Source: an uncultured Spirochaetales bacterium
GTDB lineage: Bacteria > Spirochaetota > Spirochaetia > CAYLLE01
Length of the DNA stretch: 64,000 bases
Direction: 5' to 3'
Assembly (NCBI GenBank): GCA_964618265.1
Contig: CAZUAE010000010.1
Coordinates: forward strand, 1,372 to 65,371
Positions within the stretch are counted from its first letter, which is position 1; the number at the start of each line of letters is the position of its first letter. The translations under genes and the position numbers were made by a program. Positions 40,269-50,379 of this stretch are shown piece by piece. The notes under the pieces are model-generated. The model did not search any database. It was given only the letters and a program-made list of their open reading frames with translations, and had not been told where the DNA came from.

Positions 40269-40335
40269 TAATATATAAGCAAAGAGCAAAGGGCAGTCTG
40301 TTAGAAAACTGCTGGAAAACTTTTTTGGAGTATCC

Positions 40336-40698
40336 ATGAAACAATCTCCCCGGGTCCTGTTAGTTGAAGATGAAGCTTTGGTAAGAATGGCTATGCGTCT
40401 TATGCTCCAGAAACTCGGGTGTATTATCGTGGGAGAAGCTTGGTCCGGAGAAAAAGCTATTGATCTTGCGTTAGCATCAAAACCGGATTTAACATTTCTG
40501 GATATAAGCCTGTCGGGGAAAATGGATGGAATCGAAATTGCTCAAAAAATTAGTAAACAAATTGAAACAAAGGTGGTCTTTGTAAGTGCCTACGACCACT
40601 CCGAGAAGATAAAACAAGAATATCCATTTTCTAACTATATCTTTTTTGGAAAACCAATTAAAGAGGATGAGCTAAGGAATGTGATAGACCGTTGGTAA
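40336..40698 (+). CDS. single-domain response regulator receiver protein
   Basis: 120 aa with VLLVEDE, LTFLDISL and VSAYDH. Confidence 0.7.
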   Translation: MKQSPRVLLVEDEALVRMAMRLMLQKLGCIIVGEAWSGEKAIDLALASKPDLTFLDISLSGKMDGIEIAQKISKQIETKVVFVSAYDHSEKIKQEYPFSNYIFFGKPIKEDELRNVIDRW

Positions 40699-40883
40699 TA
40701 ATGGACTCCGATCCGGATTCCTAATAAGCTTAACCCGGTCAGTCATGCAGTACTTTTGACCTTCTCAATTAAAATGCCTAAAAGGAGAAGAAACAAAGAA
40801 ATACCGAAGGCAACTTTTACTGGCTTAGCGAGTTTTTTCATAGGCAAAATCATATATCTTCTTTACACATTAGGCACATTGGT

Positions 40884-41066
40884 ATGAGGAAATTTACCCG
40901 TTCTGAAACTATTGAAATACCCGAAGGAGTGATCCGGGTTGTGATCCGTGGTCACGATCAAGCCCACAACTACGGAGGACAAATCATCATTCTCAATCTT
41001 GATACAGAAGAAATTAAGAAGATCAAACAGGGACCGGAAAAGATAACAGACCTCCCTTCTGAATAG
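40884..41066 (+). CDS. possible small ORF (60 aa)
   Basis: An ORF in an otherwise empty 400-bp gap. The RBS is weak and no motif is recognised. Confidence 0.2.
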   Translation: MRKFTRSETIEIPEGVIRVVIRGHDQAHNYGGQIIILNLDTEEIKKIKQGPEKITDLPSE

Positions 41067-41112
41067 TTGTCCACTAACGGTGAGGGTGATACAATTGCCT
41101 CCAGGAGGAAGT

Positions 41113-42084
41113 ATGTCCCGATATGCAAAAATCGGCCTCATAGGCCATACCCATCCGCTTTTTGGAACTACTGATTCAAAAATTTTAGTTGATAAGATGA
41201 TCAGCTTCTGGAAAGATCAGTTTCCACCGGCTCTGCTGGATAAACCCGATCTGATACTGGTTCCGGAATGCTGTGACCGGCCGAAGGATCTGCAGGATGA
41301 TAAACAGCTGTTACCGGATTATTACCGGTTCCGGGGAAAAAAGATCCTTGAATTATTCCGGGAAACTGCCAGAAAGAATAACTGCTACATGGTATATTCT
41401 GCTGTCCGGGAATTGGAAGACGGCAGTTTTAGAAACTCTCAGACAGTTATCGGCAGAGACGGTGAAATCGCGGGGATATATGATAAAGCCCATCCCGTAT
41501 TCTCGGAGCGTGAAAAAGGAGGAATCCTCTGCGGCAGCGGGTACGGTCTTATTAGCTGCGACTTCGGTACGCTGGGGTGTCTTATTTGTTTTGATCTTAA
41601 TTTTGATGATCTCAGGGAACTGTATAAGTCTAAAGGTCCGGATCTCCTCCTGTTCAGTTCCATGTATCACGGGGGATTGATGCAGGGGTATTGGGCATAC
41701 TCATGCCGGAGTTTTTTTGCCGGAGCTATTGCCGGACCTATCTTGCCTTCGCAGATACGGAACCCGTTTGGCGAAATTGTGGCTGCTACCACGAATTATC
41801 ACAACACGGTGACTGCGGCAATAAATTTAGACCGATGCATGGCTCATCTGGACAAAAACCGTGAAAAACTTGCCGAAATGAAAAGAAAATACGGTCCTGA
41901 GGTGCATATTCATGATCCCGGTAAGGTGGGAAGTGTTATGATACAGAGTCTTTTGGAAGAAAAAACTGCCGTAGAGATGGCAAGGGAGTTTGATATAATC
42001 CTTTTAGATGAATATTTCAATTCATGTATCGATTTTCACGCCCAGCCGGAGAATATCGGCAGTCCAGGGAGGTGGAAAACCTAG
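41113..42084 (+). CDS. carbon-nitrogen hydrolase (nitrilase superfamily) protein
   Basis: It has Glu-Lys-Cys triad contexts (LILVPE; DKAHP; LGCLICFDLNF). The start is set at ATG 41113 after AGGAGG. Confidence 0.65.
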   Translation: MSRYAKIGLIGHTHPLFGTTDSKILVDKMISFWKDQFPPALLDKPDLILVPECCDRPKDLQDDKQLLPDYYRFRGKKILELFRETARKNNCYMVYSAVRELEDGSFRNSQTVIGRDGEIAGIYDKAHPVFSEREKGGILCGSGYGLISCDFGTLGCLICFDLNFDDLRELYKSKGPDLLLFSSMYHGGLMQGYWAYSCRSFFAGAIAGPILPSQIRNPFGEIVAATTNYHNTVTAAINLDRCMAHLDKNREKLAEMKRKYGPEVHIHDPGKVGSVMIQSLLEEKTAVEMAREFDIILLDEYFNSCIDFHAQPENIGSPGRWKT

Positions 42085-42161
42085 CTGCCCCGGCTGATGG
42101 CAGTGTTTCTCCATCAATCAATGTGATGTCATTTAAAATAATAGAGACTCTCATGATTTCC

Positions 42162-43390
42162 CTACTCCAAGACAGCCATATAAACTCCGCGGACGTTATT
42201 AGGACATGCGTTGAATATGATTCTTTTTCCGGACCGGTCAAATACCGGATGCGGATCCACCCGCCGTTCCTTTAGCGGACCCTCGTAAGAAGGCCTGGCA
42301 GCTATGCGTACGAGTTCGGTCTCTTCTCCTGTTTCCAAATTTATCCACCGGAGAGCAGTGGTTCCATCATTATAGGGGGATTCGTACTCGTACCAGTCCG
42401 TGAGGAGAAATCTGCCTTCCGGATGAATCGATGGGTGGCCGGAACCGGTCATGCCTGGAACAAGAACCCTACGGTCTGTTCCGTCCCATCGGAACTGGAC
42501 GAACCTAAGCCCGTGTTCATTCCCTTCTAGTGCAAGATTCATGATGATGTGTTCTCCATCGGGATGCCATTGGGGATGATGTCCCCGGAAGGTACCCCAG
42601 ACCGAGGGAGGCATTGCCATGAGGATATTTTTTCCGTCCGGATCCAAGGTGATGAGGAAGATCCGGGCTCCGCCGACTCCGCGGGGCCGCCACCGGATAA
42701 CCGCCATAATTCTGGTTTGCTGCCGGTTCCATTTTAGGTGGAAGCAGTAAAAATCCCCCTCTTCCAGGGTGCAGGGCTTGATCTGCTCACGCAGTTTTGA
42801 AACGATTTTAGAAAGGGGTAAAAGGAGATCCTGTTTTCCTGTGACTGTATCGGTAATCCAAATCCCGTCTTCTTCAGGGGCGCCGGGAAAAAGAGGAAAT
42901 CGATTTGGAGGAACCCGTACTCCGTACCCTGTTTGGGTCAAACACATCCGGGTAAGATCCGGGGACAGGGCTTTTTTCCCGTCCGGTGAAACCATGTAGA
43001 CAGTTCCTTCCAGGTCCTGCCTTAAACCGTTCAAGAGATCCAGTTTGACTCCGAAAGGCCGCCATTCTGTTGTGTCCATGTCGTTAAAGTAAAGTTCCCG
43101 GTCGGTTTTTCCCCACTGGCACTGAGCACCTAACTGAGTGTCCCAGCCGCGGGTTTTAGCGACAGATGCAGCTTTTCTTGTTTCCAGGTCAACTGCAACA
43201 ACTTCCGCCTCCTCACCGGGAGCGGGACTCATGTTTTCATAGGGGTAACGGGTGACCGCCAAATACCGGCCTGAGGGGCTGATCGGTGAAGTGTCGAAAA
43301 ACCGGTGCCAGCATCCTGAAAGATTGGGGGTGAGATGACGTATCTCAACAGCGGGATCATACTTCCGGTAGCGGGGGAATTCTCTGTGCA

Positions 43391-43391
<1 letters not shown>
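42162..43391 (-). CDS. beta-propeller protein (possibly oligogalacturonide-lyase-like)
   Basis: 409 aa with repeated W/G-rich blade-like segments. The family assignment is tentative. Confidence 0.4.
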
Positions 43392-43687
<296 letters not shown>

Positions 43688-43773
43688 CTATTTGCTTAGT
43701 AATGCCAAGATTCTTGTTCATGCCTAAAAGGCATTCTAAATCTTTATAATAAGAGGATCAAACTAGCTAAACC

Positions 43774-43868
43774 CAGCAATTCCCGGTCAACACCTTGTGT
43801 TATTTAGAAGAGGCCATAATTACATATAATATATAAATTTAAATCGGGTAGACCGGAAATTTCCGCTG
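43774..43868. repeat. MITE-like repeat family 2, full copy
   Basis: It is near-identical to 12924-13015 apart from a few substitutions and a small indel near the right terminus. Confidence 0.75.
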
Positions 43869-43930
43869 CTAGAACATAATTTTGGCAATAGTAAAATAAT
43901 GTAACCCGATTTATTTGATCTTTTTTTCTC

Positions 43931-43959
43931 TTGACATTTTCTACCATTCACCATACAGT
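43931..43959 (+). promoter_or_regulatory. sigma70-like promoter (TTGACA - 17 nt - TACAGT) at the head of the leuA leader
   Basis: Found by direct reading. Confidence 0.4.
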
Positions 43960-44085
43960 TTTCCCAATGATTAAACCTTCTTATCCCGCAGCTCTATACC
44001 TCAGCCTTCCAAACCTCGCCATGGGCGGGGACTGCGTTTGTGAGCTGATGGAGTTGTAGAAGGAGCTCCATTTTCGAAAACGATA

Positions 44086-44121
44086 GCCCGTCCCCGTTAT
44101 CCGGAGGCGGGCATTTTTTTT
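44086..44121 (+). terminator. intrinsic terminator/attenuator hairpin immediately upstream of leuA
   Basis: GCCCGTCCCC-gttatcc-GGAGGCGGGC followed by ATTTTTTTT. It ends 17 nt before the leuA RBS. Confidence 0.55.
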
Positions 44122-44138
44122 AACAGAGGAGAACGAAT

Positions 44139-45821
44139 ATGGCAAAGTACAAACCTTATCCGCAGCCCAATATGGAACAACGGTTTTGGCCTGACAAGAA
44201 AATCGAACAGGCACCCAGGTGGTGCAGCGTAGATCTCAGAGATGGAAATCAGGCGCTGGCAATTCCCATGAGTATCGGTAAAAAACTGGCGATGTTCGAT
44301 CTCCTTTTGGATATCGGCTTTAAAGAAATCGAAGTCGGTTTTCCGTCGGCCTCAAAAATTGACTTTGATTTTACCCGGCGGCTCATTGAAGAGGGAAGAG
44401 TTCCTTCGGATACCGCAATCCAGGTGTTGACCCAGGCAAGGGAGGATCTGATTTCCCGGACGGTAGAAAGTGTTAAGGGTGCCGATAGAGCGGTTATTCA
44501 TCTTTATAATTCAACCTCAACTCTCCAGCGTAAGATCACGTTCAGGATGTCCATGGATGAGGTAAAAGATCTAGCCGTTAAAGGCGCAAAGCTGGTTAAA
44601 AAATATGTACAGGAGCTTAAGGGAACCGATGTGATGCTTCAATACTCTCCGGAGAGTTTTTCCGATACGGAAACTGATTTTGCCCTGGAAGTCTGCGAGG
44701 CGGTGATGGACGTGTGGGAGCCGGACGCGGATAATCCGGTTATTCTGAATCTTCCGGAAACAGTCCAATACGGAACCCCCAATGTGTACGCCGACCAGAT
44801 AGAATGGTTCATCACCCACATGAAAAATCCGGAAGCCGCGGTAATCAGCCTCCACACCCATAACGACAGAGGAACCGGAGTTGCTTCATCCGAACTTGGT
44901 ATGCTGGCAGGAGCCGCCCGGGTGGAAGGAACCTTGTTCGGAAATGGTGAACGGACCGGGAATGTCGATCTTGTGACTGTTGCTCTAAATCTTTTCAGTC
45001 ATGGAATAGAGACGGGTTTAGATTTCTCCGATCTTCCAAAGGTACGGAGAATTTATGAGGACTGTACTGGAATGGATGTCCCTCCGCGGCATCCTTACGC
45101 CGGCGATTTAGTATTTACCGCCTTTTCCGGTTCTCATCAGGATGCAATAAAAAAAGGTATGGACCGGCGGAAGGACCTTGGAGAAAATGCACCCTGGGAA
45201 GTGCCTTATCTTCCCGTCGATCCCCGGGATGTCGGCAGGAATTACGAAGCAATTATTAGAATAAACAGTCAGAGCGGCAAAGGCGGAGTTGCCTATGTTT
45301 TAAGCCGGGAATACGGGTATGAGCTTCCCAAGGGGATGCACCGGGAACTAGGAAAAGCGGTAAATGATCTCTCCGATGAATTGGGACGGGAAATTGCCGC
45401 GGATGAAATCTTGAGTCTATTCCGTAAGGAGTTCCTGCAGCTGGATTATCCGTTAAGGATAGTTCATTTTCATACCGAACAGGATTCAGAGGGAGACGGG
45501 AAAACCTTATGGCGGGGTAAGATGAATCTTAAGAACCGGGAGTTTGAAACTCAGGGAAGGGGTAACGGTCCGATTGATGCCTTTGCTGAAGCCATCGAAC
45601 AGGCTGGAATTACCGGTTTTTCCATCATGGATTTTCACGAACAGTCTTTAGGAACCGGGTCAGGAACAGAGGCTGTGGCGTATGTAGAAATTGAATCTGC
45701 GGAAGGCGAGAAAACATGGGGAACCGGAGTGGACACCAATATCGGGAATGCCGGGATTAAGGCGTTTTTAAGCGCAATAAACCGGGCTTATCGGAAGGTT
45801 CCCTTTACTGTTTCGAAATAA
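44139..45821 (+). CDS. leuA: 2-isopropylmalate synthase (long, LeuA type 2 form)
   Basis: 560 aa with WCSVDLRDGNQAL and HTHNDRGTGVA (HxH) motifs and a C-terminal regulatory domain. Confidence 0.85.
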   Translation: MAKYKPYPQPNMEQRFWPDKKIEQAPRWCSVDLRDGNQALAIPMSIGKKLAMFDLLLDIGFKEIEVGFPSASKIDFDFTRRLIEEGRVPSDTAIQVLTQAREDLISRTVESVKGADRAVIHLYNSTSTLQRKITFRMSMDEVKDLAVKGAKLVKKYVQELKGTDVMLQYSPESFSDTETDFALEVCEAVMDVWEPDADNPVILNLPETVQYGTPNVYADQIEWFITHMKNPEAAVISLHTHNDRGTGVASSELGMLAGAARVEGTLFGNGERTGNVDLVTVALNLFSHGIETGLDFSDLPKVRRIYEDCTGMDVPPRHPYAGDLVFTAFSGSHQDAIKKGMDRRKDLGENAPWEVPYLPVDPRDVGRNYEAIIRINSQSGKGGVAYVLSREYGYELPKGMHRELGKAVNDLSDELGREIAADEILSLFRKEFLQLDYPLRIVHFHTEQDSEGDGKTLWRGKMNLKNREFETQGRGNGPIDAFAEAIEQAGITGFSIMDFHEQSLGTGSGTEAVAYVEIESAEGEKTWGTGVDTNIGNAGIKAFLSAINRAYRKVPFTVSK

Positions 45822-45952
45822 CAGATGAGTAAGGAACAGCGAATGCGAGATCGGTACGATGATGACCGCTCGGGAAGGAAAGATTGATGAACTACTCTCT
45901 TTGGTTGAAAAGAGTCCGCGGGAAGCCCTTGGCCGGGTAGGTTGACGCTGTC

Positions 45953-47101
45953 ATGAGGGACGAACTTTTTAAAGCCATTGACCGGGACCGCCTATCTGAC
46001 AGACTTTGGGAATTGGTTCAGATTCCCAGCCCCACCGGAAATGAACGGGATGCAGCTTTCCTTTTTTCCCGGTTAGCCCAGGAAGCCGGAGCTTTAGTAA
46101 CCCTCGACGAAACCCAACCGGAGAGTCCGGCAGTTATAGCAAGACTCAAAGGAATCCGACCGGGAAAAACCCTTCAGTTAGCGGGTCACCTTGATCACAT
46201 TCCTCTGCCTCACGAGCCTCCAAGACGTACCGCGGAGGAAATTTCAGGCCGGGGTTCCGCGGATATGAAGTGCGGATTAGCAGGAATGCTTGAACTGCTG
46301 GATGTTTTCGCCCGGGAAAGAGATTTTCCCGGGGAACTGCTCGTAACGGCGTACGGGCTTCATGAAGCTCCCTACGGGGATTCTTCCGTACTACTGGATC
46401 TCCTTTCCCGGGGAATGAAAGGGGATGCCGCATTGGTCTTTGAAGGGCCGGAGGACAGACTGGTCCTTAAGGGGAAGGGGCAGGCAATATGGGACTTGGA
46501 GATACGGAGACGCGGAAAGGTTACCCATGAATTATTCCGTCATCCCGATGACAACGCCCTTCTTCCTGCCGCACTCACCTTACTGAAAAACATGGCGGAG
46601 AATCCGTTCCGGGAAAGACCTCAGGACACCTTGCTAGGACCTGAGAGTCTATTTGTCGGTCAGATTCATTACGGAGACTTTTACAACCGTATGCCTGTTA
46701 CCCTTAATGCTCAGGGAACAGCCCGTTGGAACCCGGATAGATCTCTTCGGGAAATCGAGGAGGAGTTGGGTACTCTTATTTCGATAGATCAGCTTCCTGA
46801 AGGGATAAAGGCAGAGGTAAAAATGACTTTAGTAGGAGAATCGTTTTCCGTGGATCCTGAAGCTGAAATCGTTACAGCTTACCGAAGTGCCTTCCGGGAA
46901 TTGCTGGGTCATTCTCCCAAGGAGGAGGGGGTTATGTCGGTTTTAGACACTTCCCGCATAGTTCCCTATGGCGGAATACCTGCTGTCCCCATCGGATACG
47001 ATCTTTCCACCGCCCACGGCGATGTTGAGTATATCCGCCTGGACCGGGTGATGGAAAGCACAATTTTGGCCGCGGCAGTGGCGGACAACTATTTACGGTA
47101 G
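45953..47101 (+). CDS. M20 family metallopeptidase/deacylase (ArgE/DapE-like)
   Basis: 382 aa. Its N-terminus (LVQIPSPTGNE) is paralogous to ORF 57080. Confidence 0.6.
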   Translation: MRDELFKAIDRDRLSDRLWELVQIPSPTGNERDAAFLFSRLAQEAGALVTLDETQPESPAVIARLKGIRPGKTLQLAGHLDHIPLPHEPPRRTAEEISGRGSADMKCGLAGMLELLDVFARERDFPGELLVTAYGLHEAPYGDSSVLLDLLSRGMKGDAALVFEGPEDRLVLKGKGQAIWDLEIRRRGKVTHELFRHPDDNALLPAALTLLKNMAENPFRERPQDTLLGPESLFVGQIHYGDFYNRMPVTLNAQGTARWNPDRSLREIEEELGTLISIDQLPEGIKAEVKMTLVGESFSVDPEAEIVTAYRSAFRELLGHSPKEEGVMSVLDTSRIVPYGGIPAVPIGYDLSTAHGDVEYIRLDRVMESTILAAAVADNYLR

Positions 47102-47187
47102 AAACAATTCCCGGTCGCGCTGAAAAATTGCAGCTACGGTAGCGTATAGGTTTGCCGCGAGTGGGCCTGCGTGTTTGGCATATCAAA

Positions 47188-48042
47188 TTAGCCTTTTATG
47201 GCTCCGCTTACAAAGGTATCCTGAATTCTGCGGCTCATGAAGAGATAGAGAACCAGGGTCGGGAGGGAGCTTATCATCAATCCTGCCCCTACTTGCCCCC
47301 AGGTAGTAACGTACTGCCCGACCATGGACATTATTCCAACGGTAAGTGTTTTTAGCGCTCTTTCGTTAATAAAAGTGATAGCGAACATGAGCTCATTCCA
47401 GGAGAGCAGGTAGGTGAAAATAGCTATTGTTGCCAGGGCGGGTAACAGCAGAGGAACCACGATGATCATAAAAACCCGGTACACTGAATAACCGTCTATA
47501 AACGCGGATTCTTCTATTTCAACGGGGATGCCTTGGATGAATCCAACCATAATATAAATATTCAGGGAAAGACTAAAACCGACGTATGAGAAAATAAGGC
47601 TCCACCTTGTATTGAGTAAAGATGTTTTCGCGAATACGACAAACAGAGGGAGCAGCACCGCGTGAAGGGGGATCATAAGTCCGAGCAGAAAAGCAAGAAG
47701 GATCAACTTTCTTTTTTTCAAGTTGAATCTTACCAGGGCATAGGCGACCATTGAAGAAAGCAGCGCTGAAAATACGATAGTCCCGCCGGTGACAAGTACA
47801 CTGTTAAAAAAATATTGTCCGACATTGCCGGTGGTAAGGGCGTATGCGTAATTTTTCCATAGGAATTTTTCCGGAAGCCCCAGAGCGTTTCCCGCGAAAA
47901 TTTCGGCATTGGACTTAAGGGAAATAAGGAAGAGATATACAAGCGGAAAAATTTGGATTACGGCAAAAAGTGCCAGGAGAACATAGATAGCTGATTTCCA
48001 AAGCGAAGTCTTGTTTTTCATCCTTTCAATCCTATAGTTCAT
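47188..48042 (-). CDS. carbohydrate ABC transporter permease (MalG-like)
   Basis: 284 aa, 6 TM, with the EAA-like loop (ESAFIDGYS). Confidence 0.75.
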   Translation of the reverse strand: MNYRIERMKNKTSLWKSAIYVLLALFAVIQIFPLVYLFLISLKSNAEIFAGNALGLPEKFLWKNYAYALTTGNVGQYFFNSVLVTGGTIVFSALLSSMVAYALVRFNLKKRKLILLAFLLGLMIPLHAVLLPLFVVFAKTSLLNTRWSLIFSYVGFSLSLNIYIMVGFIQGIPVEIEESAFIDGYSVYRVFMIIVVPLLLPALATIAIFTYLLSWNELMFAITFINERALKTLTVGIMSMVGQYVTTWGQVGAGLMISSLPTLVLYLFMSRRIQDTFVSGAIKG

Positions 48043-48910
48043 GTTTTTTTCGGAAAACGCGCTGGATTATGAGTGTAAATAAAAGACATTCCAGGACTAT
48101 GATGAGGGCGGCGGCGCTTCCCATCCCGTATCTGGATCTGGAAAATATCATGGTGTACATATAGGTTGAAGGCACCTCCGTTGAGTGAAGCGGCCCCCCG
48201 TTGGTCATGACGTAAATAAGGTCAAAAAATTTGAACGAACCGGTTACCGCGAAGATCACTGATACTCGTATCATGGCGGTGATCATTGGGATGGTGATTC
48301 TAAGGGACCGCTGCAGCCATCCGGCTCCATCGATAAGGGCCGCTTCGTTTATTTCATCAGGTATCGATTTGATTGCCGCGTACAGGAGCAGCATATGATA
48401 TCCTATGTACTGCCAGAGAATCGGGATGAACACGGACTGCAGCGCTATACTAGGATCACCCAGCCAGTTCATTACCGCATCTTCCAGACCGAGAGAGATT
48501 AACAGGTTATTGAGCATCCCGTATTTTGGCGAGTAGATTTTAAGCCATAACTGCCCGATAACTACACTGGAGAGGAGAACAGGAATAAAATAGACGGTCC
48601 TGAAAAATCCTTCTCCTTTAATCGTCTTTGACGCAAGAGCAAGGGCGATAAGAAGCGCGATGGGGATTTGTATGAATACAGAGAAGAAGGCTAGCAAAAA
48701 AGAATTTATCAAAGATTTTACAAAGACTTTGTCCCGGAATAATTCGGTAAAATTCGCGAGGCCGGAAAAAATCATTTTCCCGTATCCGTTCCAGTTCAGA
48801 AGAGAGTAGAATACCGATATACCCAGGGGGATGATAACAATAAGCAGATACACCCCAACAGCACCGCCGAGAAAAACCGGTATTCTTCCTTTTTCCGTAT
48901 ATAAAGCCAT
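48032..48910 (-). CDS. carbohydrate ABC transporter permease (MalF-like)
   Basis: 292 aa with the EAALIDGAGWLQRSLRITIPM EAA motif. Confidence 0.75.
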   Translation of the reverse strand: MALYTEKGRIPVFLGGAVGVYLLIVIIPLGISVFYSLLNWNGYGKMIFSGLANFTELFRDKVFVKSLINSFLLAFFSVFIQIPIALLIALALASKTIKGEGFFRTVYFIPVLLSSVVIGQLWLKIYSPKYGMLNNLLISLGLEDAVMNWLGDPSIALQSVFIPILWQYIGYHMLLLYAAIKSIPDEINEAALIDGAGWLQRSLRITIPMITAMIRVSVIFAVTGSFKFFDLIYVMTNGGPLHSTEVPSTYMYTMIFSRSRYGMGSAAALIIVLECLLFTLIIQRVFRKKHEL

Positions 48911-48992
48911 GAATAACCTCAGATGCTATTGATGTTATGTATCTCTGTCTGCTCCCGGGGAGCAGACAGAGACAAGAGAGTAATTAATAATT

Positions 48993-50273
48993 CTACTGAA
49001 CGTTTGCCATTTCTTCAGCATATTCTTCCGGAGTAATAGTACCGCCGAACAATTCCGCGACAAGATTTTTATGAGTAGTGGCAGCGTCTCCTGTCAGGAA
49101 AACATCCCACCATATCACCATAGCTTCGGCGGATTCGGTAAGATCCGCTACCTGTCGAGTCAGCTTATTCAGTTCCACGTCATCGGGGATTTCCACTTTA
49201 AATGTTGGGAGACCTGAACCGAGGATGTAGGATTCCTTGGCCATGTTTTCAGCGAGGAACGCCATTATTTCTACAGCAAGAGCCGGGTCATCGGTCTCAG
49301 AATCGATCATAAAACCTTCACCCGCACCGCCGAAGAATTCATTTTTGCCGCCTTTCCCGCCGGACACAACCGGAAACCGGATCGCGTCAATTTTTCCAGC
49401 CACACTGGACTGGTCAGAGTAGATTGATCCGTTGAACCAGCTGCCCATAAAATACATTGCCGCGTCTCCCTGAAGGAAGGCAATCTCGGATTCATCTCTG
49501 GAAAGCGCGAATATGGACTCATCAAAACCTTCGGCTTCAACAAGGTTTACCAGTTTCCGCGCGGCATCGATGAATTCCGCCCGGTCGAAGGTTACTTCGC
49601 CCTTCAGAGCCTGAGCACAAAGTTCAGCTCCGGCGGTTCTTAACGCGAGGACATCGTACCAGAACATTCCCGGCCAGAGATCTTTCTCTCCAACTATAAT
49701 CGGGGTAATATCGTTGTCTCTAAACGTCTTTATCGCATTGATCAGTTCATCATAGGTTTCCGGATATTCCAATCCGTTCTGGTTAAAAAGTTCCCGGTTA
49801 CAGTATAATGAAGCAATCTGCATGCCGAAAGGAAGACCGTAGGTTTTTCCGTCATAAATGAAGTTCGCTTCCGATCCTCCTACCAGACGTTCTCTTATTC
49901 CCTGACTGTCCAAGTACGAATCGATTTGAAGGATTTTTCCGGCTTCCACAAAGGGCTGGGCAAAACCGGCACCCCACACGTAAAAAATGTCCGGAACTTC
50001 GTTCGCTGCTACCGCTGTTTTGATCTTTGTTTTGTACGACTCAGGATCAGCACTATCGTGCTTGAACGTTACATTGGGGAATTCAGCCTCCGCGGCATCA
50101 AGCGCCTTAAACCAGGCCCGGGAATTCGCGTCGATTGACTGGGGATCACTCCAAAGGGTCCAAATCGTAATTTCCTTTTCCGCGTCAGCAGCGTCACTGT
50201 CCTGCTGCCCTCCCGCAAAAACAAATCCGGCAGTGAGTATCACTGCAAGACACATGAAAAAAATTCGTTTCAT
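48993..50273 (-). CDS. extracellular solute-binding protein (family 1) lipoprotein for sugar ABC transporter
   Basis: 426 aa with a signal peptide and a Cys lipobox region (MCLAVILTAGFVFAGG). Confidence 0.75.
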   Translation of the reverse strand: MKRIFFMCLAVILTAGFVFAGGQQDSDAADAEKEITIWTLWSDPQSIDANSRAWFKALDAAEAEFPNVTFKHDSADPESYKTKIKTAVAANEVPDIFYVWGAGFAQPFVEAGKILQIDSYLDSQGIRERLVGGSEANFIYDGKTYGLPFGMQIASLYCNRELFNQNGLEYPETYDELINAIKTFRDNDITPIIVGEKDLWPGMFWYDVLALRTAGAELCAQALKGEVTFDRAEFIDAARKLVNLVEAEGFDESIFALSRDESEIAFLQGDAAMYFMGSWFNGSIYSDQSSVAGKIDAIRFPVVSGGKGGKNEFFGGAGEGFMIDSETDDPALAVEIMAFLAENMAKESYILGSGLPTFKVEIPDDVELNKLTRQVADLTESAEAMVIWWDVFLTGDAATTHKNLVAELFGGTITPEEYAEEMANVQ

Positions 50274-50379
50274 GAAATACCTCCTAATAATATTTCTTTT
50301 ATTATCAGGGCAGAATGAGGAAAATTGAATACAGAAATATTACCTGAAGGTATAAAAATTTTACCTTTCATGTGGTAGT

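Noticed and set aside
43967-44059. Calling the 30-codon Leu-rich uORF as a gene
   Set aside because: It starts essentially at the predicted transcription start and has no RBS. It is noted only as part of the attenuator hypothesis and is not listed as a CDS.
43981-44140. T-box riboswitch in the leuA leader
   Set aside because: The only T-box-like 14-mer (GGGCGGGGACTGCG at 44022-44035) matches about 10/14 of the consensus AGGGUGGNACCGCG. It lies about 50 nt upstream of the terminator rather than overlapping its 5' arm. No stem-I specifier loop with a CUC/CUU codon or AG-bulge/GNUA features was evident by eye. It is kept only as a generic attenuator candidate.
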